Assembly: GCF_041886205.1 (NCBI RefSeq)
Contig: NZ_CP169029.1
Strand: one strand, 5' to 3'
Length of the DNA: 64,000 nucleotides
Source: Escherichia coli
GTDB lineage: Bacteria; Pseudomonadota; Gammaproteobacteria; Enterobacterales; Enterobacteriaceae
The notes beneath the pieces are model-generated. The model was not told the origin of the DNA and did no database searches. It saw only the letters and a program-made list of their open reading frames with translations. The translations under genes and the position numbers were made by a program. Positions 57,017 through 64,000 of this stretch are shown here, piece after piece (positions within the stretch are counted from its first letter, which is position 1; the number at the start of each line of letters is the position of its first letter).

Positions 57017-60000
57017 ATGATTACTATTGACGGTAATGGCGCGGTTGCTTCGGTCGCATTTCGCACCAGTGAAGTTATCGCCATCTACCCTATTACCCCC
57101 AGTTCCACGATGGCAGAACAGGCTGATGCCTGGGCCGGAAACGGCTTAAAGAACGTTTGGGGAGACACACCACGCGTGGTTGAAATGCAGTCGGAAGCGG
57201 GTGCTATCGCTACCGTGCATGGCGCTTTGCAGACGGGTGCCCTTTCAACATCGTTTACGTCATCGCAGGGTTTGCTGCTGATGATCCCGACGCTGTACAA
57301 ACTGGCAGGCGAACTAACACCGTTTGTCCTGCATGTAGCGGCACGTACCGTTGCCACTCATGCACTCTCTATTTTTGGCGATCATTCCGACGTTATGGCG
57401 GTGCGCCAGACGGGTTGCGCGATGTTGTGTGCAGCAAACGTCCAGGAAGCGCAAGACTTTGCTCTCATTTCGCAAATCGCGACGCTGAAAAGCCGCGTGC
57501 CATTTATTCATTTCTTTGATGGTTTCCGCACGTCCCACGAAATCAATAAAATTGTCCCGCTGGCCGATGACACGATTCTTGATCTCATGCCGCAGGCCGA
57601 AATTGATGCTCATCGCGCCCGGGCGCTCAACCCGGAACATCCGGTGATCCGCGGTACGTCCGCCAATCCTGACACTTATTTCCAGTCACGCGAAGCCACC
57701 AACCCATGGTACAACGCGGTCTATGACCATGTTGAACAGGCGATGAATGATTTCGCTGCCGCGACAGGTCGTCAGTATCAGCCGTTTGAGTATTACGGGC
57801 ATCCGCAAGCGGAACGGGTGATAATCCTGATGGGCTCTGCCATTGGCACCTGTGAAGAAGTGGTTGATGAATTGCTAACCCGTGGCGAAAAAGTCGGCGT
57901 GCTGAAAGTTCGCCTGTACCGCCCCTTCTCCGCCAAACACTTGCTACAAGCTCTGCCGGGATCCGTACGCAGCGTGGCGGTACTGGACAGAACCAAAGAA
58001 CCCGGTGCCCAGGCAGAACCGCTCTATCTGGATGTAATGACCGCACTGGCAGAAGCCTTTAATAATGGCGAGCGCGAAACTCTGCCCCGTGTCATTGGTG
58101 GGCGCTATGGTCTTTCATCCAAAGAATTTGGCCCGGACTGTGTACTGGCGGTATTTGCCGAGCTCAACGCGGCTAAACCGAAAGCACGCTTTACGGTTGG
58201 TATTTACGATGATGTAACCAATCTGTCACTACCGTTGCCGGAAAACACCCTGCCAAACTCGGCGAAACTTGAAGCCTTGTTTTATGGCCTTGGTAGTGAT
58301 GGCAGCGTTTCCGCGACCAAAAACAATATCAAGATTATCGGTAATTCCACGCAGTGGTACGCACAGGGCTATTTTGTTTACGACTCCAAAAAGGCGGGCG
58401 GCCTGACAGTTTCTCACCTTCGCGTGAGCGAACAGCCGATTCGTTCCGCTTATCTCATTTCCCAGGCTAATTTTGTTGGCTGCCACCAGTTGCAGTTTAT
58501 CGATAAATATCAGATGGCTGAGCGTTTAAAACCTGGCGGCATTTTCCTGCTCAACACGCCGTACAGCGCAGATGAAGTGTGGTCGCGCTTGCCGCAGGAA
58601 GTTCAGGCCGTGTTAAACCAGAAAAAAGCGCGCTTCTATGTGATTAACGCGGCGAAAATCGCCCGCGAATGTGGCCTGGCGGCCCGTATTAATACCGTCA
58701 TGCAGATGGCTTTTTTCCATCTGACGCAAATTCTGCCTGGCGATAGCGCCCTCGCAGAATTGCAGGGTGCGATTGCCAAAAGTTACAGTAGCAAAGGTCA
58801 GGATCTGGTGGAGCGCAACTGGCAGGCTCTGGCGCTGGCGCGTGAATCCGTTGAAGAAGTTCCGCTGCAGCCGGTTAATCCGCACAGCGCCAATCGACCA
58901 CCAGTGGTTTCCGATGCCGCTCCTGATTTCGTGAAAACCGTAACCGCGGCGATGCTCGCCGGGCTTGGTGATGCACTCCCCGTTTCGGCGCTGCCGCCAG
59001 ACGGCACCTGGCCGATGGGCACTACGCGCTGGGAAAAACGCAATATCGCCGAAGAGATCCCCATCTGGAAAGAGGAACTTTGTACCCAATGTAACCACTG
59101 CGTTGCCGCTTGCCCACACTCAGCTATTCGCGCAAAAGTGGTGCCGCCTGAAGCGATGGAAAACGCCCCTGCCAGCCTGCATTCGCTGGATGTGAAATCG
59201 CGTGATATGCGCGGGCAGAAATATGTCTTGCAGGTGGCACCGGAAGATTGCACCGGTTGTAACCTGTGCGTCGAAGTTTGCCCGGCGAAAGACCGTCAGA
59301 ATCCAGAGATTAAAGCCATCAATATGATGTCTCGCCTGGAACATGTCGAAGAAGAGAAAATCAATTACGATTTCTTCCTCAACCTCCCAGAAATCGACCG
59401 TAGCAAACTGGAACGTATTGATATTCGTACATCGCAGCTGATTACACCGCTGTTTGAATATTCCGGTGCTTGTTCCGGTTGTGGCGAGACGCCGTATATT
59501 AAATTGCTGACTCAGCTCTATGGCGACCGGATGTTGATCGCTAACGCCACCGGCTGTTCTTCAATTTATGGCGGTAACCTGCCCTCTACACCGTATACCA
59601 CCGATGCCAACGGTCGTGGGCCGGCATGGGCGAACTCTCTATTTGAAGATAATGCCGAATTTGGCCTTGGTTTCCGCCTGACGGTCGATCAACACCGTGT
59701 CCGCGTGCTGCGTCTGCTGGATCAATTTGCCGATAAAATCCCGGCGGAATTACTGACGGCGTTGAAATCAGACGCCACGCCAGAGGTTCGTCGTGAACAG
59801 GTTGCAGCTTTACGCCAGCAACTCAACGATGTTGCCGAAGCACATGAACTTCTACGTGATGCAGATGCACTGGTGGAAAAATCAATCTGGCTGATTGGTG
59901 GCGACGGCTGGGCTTACGATATCGGCTTTGGCGGTCTGGATCATGTATTGAGTTTGACGGAAAACGTCAACATTCTGGTGCTGGATACGCAATGCTATTC

Positions 60001-60541
60001 CAACACCGGTGGTCAGGCGTCGAAAGCGACACCGCTGGGTGCAGTAACTAAGTTCGGCGAGCACGGCAAACGTAAAGCGCGTAAAGATCTTGGCGTCAGT
60101 ATGATGATGTACGGTCATGTTTATGTGGCGCAGATTTCTCTCGGCGCGCAGCTCAACCAGACGGTGAAAGCGATTCAGGAAGCGGAAGCGTATCCGGGGC
60201 CATCGCTGATCATCGCTTATAGCCCATGTGAAGAGCATGGTTACGATCTGGCACTCAGCCACGACCAGATGCGCCAACTCACAGCTACCGGCTTCTGGCC
60301 GCTATATCGCTTCGATCCTCGTCGTGCCGATGAAGGCAAACTGCCGCTGGCGCTGGATTCACGCCCGCCGTCAGAAGCACTGGAAGAAACGTTACTTCAC
60401 GAGCAACGTTTCCGTCGTCTGAATTCGCAGCAGCCAGAAGTGGCAGAACAGTTATGGAAAGATGCTGCAGCTGATTTGCAAAAACGCTATGACTTCCTGG
60501 CACAAATGGCCGGAAAAGCGGAAAAAAGCAACACCGATTAA
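57017..60541 (+). CDS. ydbK: Pyruvate:flavodoxin oxidoreductase YdbK/Pfo, 1174 aa
   Basis: ORF 57017..60541; two 4Fe-4S ferredoxin motifs (CxxCxxCxxxCP) and TPP-binding region. Confidence 0.95.
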   Translation: MITIDGNGAVASVAFRTSEVIAIYPITPSSTMAEQADAWAGNGLKNVWGDTPRVVEMQSEAGAIATVHGALQTGALSTSFTSSQGLLLMIPTLYKLAGELTPFVLHVAARTVATHALSIFGDHSDVMAVRQTGCAMLCAANVQEAQDFALISQIATLKSRVPFIHFFDGFRTSHEINKIVPLADDTILDLMPQAEIDAHRARALNPEHPVIRGTSANPDTYFQSREATNPWYNAVYDHVEQAMNDFAAATGRQYQPFEYYGHPQAERVIILMGSAIGTCEEVVDELLTRGEKVGVLKVRLYRPFSAKHLLQALPGSVRSVAVLDRTKEPGAQAEPLYLDVMTALAEAFNNGERETLPRVIGGRYGLSSKEFGPDCVLAVFAELNAAKPKARFTVGIYDDVTNLSLPLPENTLPNSAKLEALFYGLGSDGSVSATKNNIKIIGNSTQWYAQGYFVYDSKKAGGLTVSHLRVSEQPIRSAYLISQANFVGCHQLQFIDKYQMAERLKPGGIFLLNTPYSADEVWSRLPQEVQAVLNQKKARFYVINAAKIARECGLAARINTVMQMAFFHLTQILPGDSALAELQGAIAKSYSSKGQDLVERNWQALALARESVEEVPLQPVNPHSANRPPVVSDAAPDFVKTVTAAMLAGLGDALPVSALPPDGTWPMGTTRWEKRNIAEEIPIWKEELCTQCNHCVAACPHSAIRAKVVPPEAMENAPASLHSLDVKSRDMRGQKYVLQVAPEDCTGCNLCVEVCPAKDRQNPEIKAINMMSRLEHVEEEKINYDFFLNLPEIDRSKLERIDIRTSQLITPLFEYSGACSGCGETPYIKLLTQLYGDRMLIANATGCSSIYGGNLPSTPYTTDANGRGPAWANSLFEDNAEFGLGFRLTVDQHRVRVLRLLDQFADKIPAELLTALKSDATPEVRREQVAALRQQLNDVAEAHELLRDADALVEKSIWLIGGDGWAYDIGFGGLDHVLSLTENVNILVLDTQCYSNTGGQASKATPLGAVTKFGEHGKRKARKDLGVSMMMYGHVYVAQISLGAQLNQTVKAIQEAEAYPGPSLIIAYSPCEEHGYDLALSHDQMRQLTATGFWPLYRFDPRRADEGKLPLALDSRPPSEALEETLLHEQRFRRLNSQQPEVAEQLWKDAAADLQKRYDFLAQMAGKAEKSNTD

Positions 60542-60570
60542 ATGCTCTGGATAAGGATTATCCAATTCTA

Positions 60571-60679
60571 AAAAAAAGCCCGGACGACTGTTCGGGCTTG
60601 TCTTTTTATATGTTGGAAAATCAGTGGCAATGCAATGGCCCAACAGAAAATAAAATCTGTGACAATAAAGGCATATAAC
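60571..60679 (-). ncRNA. micC: Hfq-dependent sRNA MicC (repressor of ompC), ~109 nt
   Basis: Minus strand GTTATATGCCTTTATTGTCACAGATTTTATTTTCTGTTGGGCC...AAGCCCGAACAGTCGTCCGGGCTTTTTTTT matches recalled MicC; divergent from ompN. Confidence 0.8.
60578..60608. terminator. Bidirectional intrinsic terminator shared by ydbK (+) and micC (-)
   Basis: Hairpin GCCCGGACGACTGTTCGGGC flanked by A-run upstream and T-run downstream. Confidence 0.7.
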
Positions 60680-60906
60680 CCGCGCAGAATAACGTATAGA
60701 AAATTAAAAGTATAATTTTTATTTTGTATGTATTATCTTCGATACATTCACCAGACTTATTATCATTTCAGAAGAATTATTTGATTAAGGTTTTACTTAA
60801 GGCGTAACAAATGATATTTATCGGCTAACTGAACTTCTCCTTTAGGATGTTTTCACTCCCCGAAATGGGGATAAAAGGCAAATAAAATAACTAAAGGATT
60901 TATTCA

Positions 60907-62040
60907 ATGAAAAGCAAAGTACTGGCACTTTTAATTCCTGCCCTGCTCGCCGCAGGTGCTGCACATGCAGCCGAAGTTTATAATAAAGACGGCAACAAAT
61001 TAGATCTGTATGGCAAAGTTGATGGCCTGCATTATTTTTCTGATAATTCAGCGAAAGATGGCGACCAGAGCTATGCGCGTCTGGGTTTTAAAGGCGAAAC
61101 CCAAATTAACGATCAACTCACTGGCTACGGTCAATGGGAATACAATATTCAGGCAAACAACACTGAATCTTCAAAAAACCAGTCATGGACCCGTCTGGCA
61201 TTTGCCGGACTGAAATTTGCAGAATACGGTTCTTTCGATTACGGACGTAATTATGGCGTAATGTACGACATCGAAGGCTGGACCGATATGCTGCCTGAAT
61301 TTGGCGGTGACTCTTATACCAATGCAGACAACTTTATGACTGGTCGTGCCAATGGCGTCGCGACTTATCGTAATACTGATTTCTTCGGTCTGGTAAATGG
61401 TCTGAACTTCGCGGTGCAGTACCAAGGTAACAACGAAGGTGCCAGTAATGGTCAGGAAGGCACCAACAACGGACGTGATGTTCGCCATGAAAACGGTGAC
61501 GGCTGGGGTCTTTCCACAACATATGATTTAGGCATGGGCTTTAGCGCTGGTGCGGCATACACCTCTTCTGACCGCACCAATGACCAGGTTAACCATACTG
61601 CGGCGGGTGGTGATAAAGCAGACGCGTGGACTGCTGGGCTAAAATACGATGCTAACAATATTTACCTGGCAACCATGTATTCAGCAACGCGTAATATGAC
61701 CCCGTTTGGCGACAGCGATTATGCAGTTGCGAACAAAACCCAGAACTTTGAAGTTACTGCACAATACCAGTTTGATTTTGGTCTGCGTCCGGCAGTCTCT
61801 TTCCTGATGTCTAAAGGCCGTGACCTTCACGCTGCCGGTGGTGCAGACAACCCGGCAGGTGTTGATGATAAAGATCTGGTTAAATACGCCGATGTTGGCG
61901 CAACTTACTATTTCAATAAAAACATGTCCACCTATGTTGACTATAAAATCAACCTGCTGGATGAAGATGACAGTTTCTACGCTGCCAACGGCATCTCTAC
62001 CGATGATATTGTTGCTTTAGGTCTGGTTTATCAGTTCTAA
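60907..62040 (+). CDS. ompN: Outer-membrane porin OmpN, 377 aa
   Basis: ORF 60907..62040; signal peptide, general porin family, C-terminal YQF. Confidence 0.9.
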   Translation: MKSKVLALLIPALLAAGAAHAAEVYNKDGNKLDLYGKVDGLHYFSDNSAKDGDQSYARLGFKGETQINDQLTGYGQWEYNIQANNTESSKNQSWTRLAFAGLKFAEYGSFDYGRNYGVMYDIEGWTDMLPEFGGDSYTNADNFMTGRANGVATYRNTDFFGLVNGLNFAVQYQGNNEGASNGQEGTNNGRDVRHENGDGWGLSTTYDLGMGFSAGAAYTSSDRTNDQVNHTAAGGDKADAWTAGLKYDANNIYLATMYSATRNMTPFGDSDYAVANKTQNFEVTAQYQFDFGLRPAVSFLMSKGRDLHAAGGADNPAGVDDKDLVKYADVGATYYFNKNMSTYVDYKINLLDEDDSFYAANGISTDDIVALGLVYQF

Positions 62041-62048
62041 ATCCTCCT

Positions 62049-62072
62049 GCCCGCTGTTTTGGCGGGCTTTTT
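62049..62072 (+). terminator. Rho-independent terminator after ompN
   Basis: Hairpin GCCCGC-tgtttt-GGCGGGC followed by TTTTT. Confidence 0.7.
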
Positions 62073-62099
62073 CTGCTTATTCTTCCTCCTTTGATCTAA

Positions 62100-62615
<516 letters not shown>

Positions 62616-62621
62616 CACTAA

Positions 62622-62647
62622 CGCCCGCACATTGCTGCGGGCTTTTT
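62622..62647 (+). terminator. Rho-independent terminator after uspF
   Basis: Hairpin CCCGCA-cattgc-TGCGGG followed by CTTTTT. Confidence 0.65.
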
Positions 62648-62790
62648 GATTCATTTCGCAAATGTGCTGACATTTTCCCCTCTAATCCGTACCATACACG
62701 CCACAGTTTTTATATCAGATTTCTTATGCTGGGCGTTCCGGCATGACGCATACTCTTCTGATGCCATATAACGAATTGAGTCGCTTTTAA

Positions 62791-63726
62791 ATGTCGCAAA
62801 ATCAAGAAATTAGTAAGAAAGAACAATACAACCTGAACAAATTACAAAAACGCCTGCGTCGTAACGTGGGCGAAGCCATTGCTGACTTCAATATGATTGA
62901 AGAAGGCGATCGCATCATGGTTTGCCTCTCAGGGGGTAAAGACAGCTATACCATGCTGGAGATTCTGCGCAATTTGCAGCAAAGCGCGCCAATCAATTTT
63001 TCGCTGGTGGCTGTTAACCTCGATCAAAAGCAACCGGGCTTCCCGGAACACGTTCTGCCCGAGTATCTTGAAAAGCTGGGCGTTGAGTACAAGATTGTGG
63101 AAGAGAACACTTACGGTATCGTGAAAGAGAAGATTCCGGATGGTAAAACAACATGTTCTCTGTGTTCTCGTCTTCGTCGCGGTATCCTTTATCGCACCGC
63201 AACGGAACTGGGGGCGACGAAGATCGCGCTGGGTCACCATCGTGACGATATCCTGCAAACGCTGTTCTTAAATATGTTCTACGGCGGCAAGATGAAAGGT
63301 ATGCCTCCGAAACTGATGAGCGATGATGGCAAACATATCGTTATTCGTCCGCTGGCCTACTGCCGCGAGAAAGATATTCAGCGATTTGCCGATGCAAAAG
63401 CGTTCCCGATTATTCCGTGCAACCTGTGCGGTTCACAGCCTAACCTGCAACGACAAGTGATTGCTGACATGTTGCGTGACTGGGATAAACGTTATCCGGG
63501 GCGTATCGAGACGATGTTCAGCGCGATGCAGAATGTGGTGCCGTCGCATCTGTGCGATACCGACCTGTTCGATTTTAAAGGCATTACCCACGGTTCTGAA
63601 GTGGTTAACGGGGGGGATCTGGCGTTTGATCGCGAAGAGATCCCACTACAACCGGCGGGCTGGCAGCCTGAAGAAGATGAAAATCAGTTGGATGAGTTAC
63701 GGCTGAATGTGGTTGAAGTGAAATAA
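62791..63726 (+). CDS. ttcA: tRNA 2-thiocytidine(32) synthetase TtcA (YdaO), 311 aa
   Basis: ORF 62791..63726; PP-loop SGGKDS motif and CxxC clusters. Confidence 0.9.
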   Translation: MSQNQEISKKEQYNLNKLQKRLRRNVGEAIADFNMIEEGDRIMVCLSGGKDSYTMLEILRNLQQSAPINFSLVAVNLDQKQPGFPEHVLPEYLEKLGVEYKIVEENTYGIVKEKIPDGKTTCSLCSRLRRGILYRTATELGATKIALGHHRDDILQTLFLNMFYGGKMKGMPPKLMSDDGKHIVIRPLAYCREKDIQRFADAKAFPIIPCNLCGSQPNLQRQVIADMLRDWDKRYPGRIETMFSAMQNVVPSHLCDTDLFDFKGITHGSEVVNGGDLAFDREEIPLQPAGWQPEEDENQLDELRLNVVEVK

Positions 63727-63729
63727 CCC

Positions 63730-63832
63730 GGATAGCGCCCGATGCGCAAGCGTATCGGGCTACTCTTATGGAGGCCGGATAAGACGCGGTCAGCGTCGCA
63801 TCCGGCAATCCCGAATAAGATGTTTACTCTTG
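63730..63832. repeat. REP/BIME-type extragenic palindromes downstream of ttcA
   Basis: Palindrome GCCCGATGCGCAAGCGTATCGGGC and GCCGGATAAGACGCGGTCAGCGTCGCATCCGGC (REP consensus). Confidence 0.65.
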
Positions 63833-63854
63833 CACCCGGCAATTCAACATTTCA

Positions 63855-64000
63855 TTATTTTAATAACCGCACCCGGCACGTTTTTCCTTTAATCTTCCCG
63901 CCCTGTAACTGTTTCCATGCTTTATGAGCAACAGCCTGACGGACCGCGACATAGACATGCGCCGGATGCACGGCGATTTTGCCAATATCTGCGCCATCAA
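63855..64000 (-). CDS. dbpA: 3' end of a convergent gene, probably RNA helicase DbpA (C-terminal ~48 codons); continues beyond window
   Basis: Minus-strand open frame to window edge ending ...GKIKGKTCRVRLLK-stop at 63855..63857; identity inferred from synteny. Confidence 0.45.
   Translation of the reverse strand, partial: DGADIGKIAVHPAHVYVAVRQAVAHKAWKQLQGGKIKGKTCRVRLLK

Overview
This window reads as a conserved Escherichia coli chromosomal segment, co-linear (in reverse orientation) with the K-12 interval from yncD (b1451) to the 3' end of dbpA (b1343). I found no novel multi-gene system; the interesting content is strain-level variation in known loci. Gene calls rest on recognising the translated ORFs and on synteny recalled from memory, with no database search run. 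About 60 protein genes are called, plus two type I/II toxin-antitoxin loci (hokB/mokB/sokB, hicAB), the orphan toxin ortT, small proteins yncL/yncJ/ynbE, the sRNAs RydC and MicC, several intrinsic terminators and REP elements. No IS element, prophage, integrase or CRISPR array is visible. Relative to my recollection of K-12 MG1655 the window lacks the Rac prophage (uspF lies next to ttcA), the feaR-feaB-tynA-paa cluster (ydbL lies next to ydbA), the IS2/IS30 insertions in ydbA and the IS609 copy between ydcL and ydcO; gapC and the ydbA autotransporter are intact. The most unusual observations are three lesions in uncharacterised envelope genes: an in-frame amber stop splitting ydbD, apparent loss of ynbA-ynbB with a chimeric ynbC-like ORF, and an ochre stop at codon 23 of ydcA. 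All three need confirmation against reads and reference genomes.
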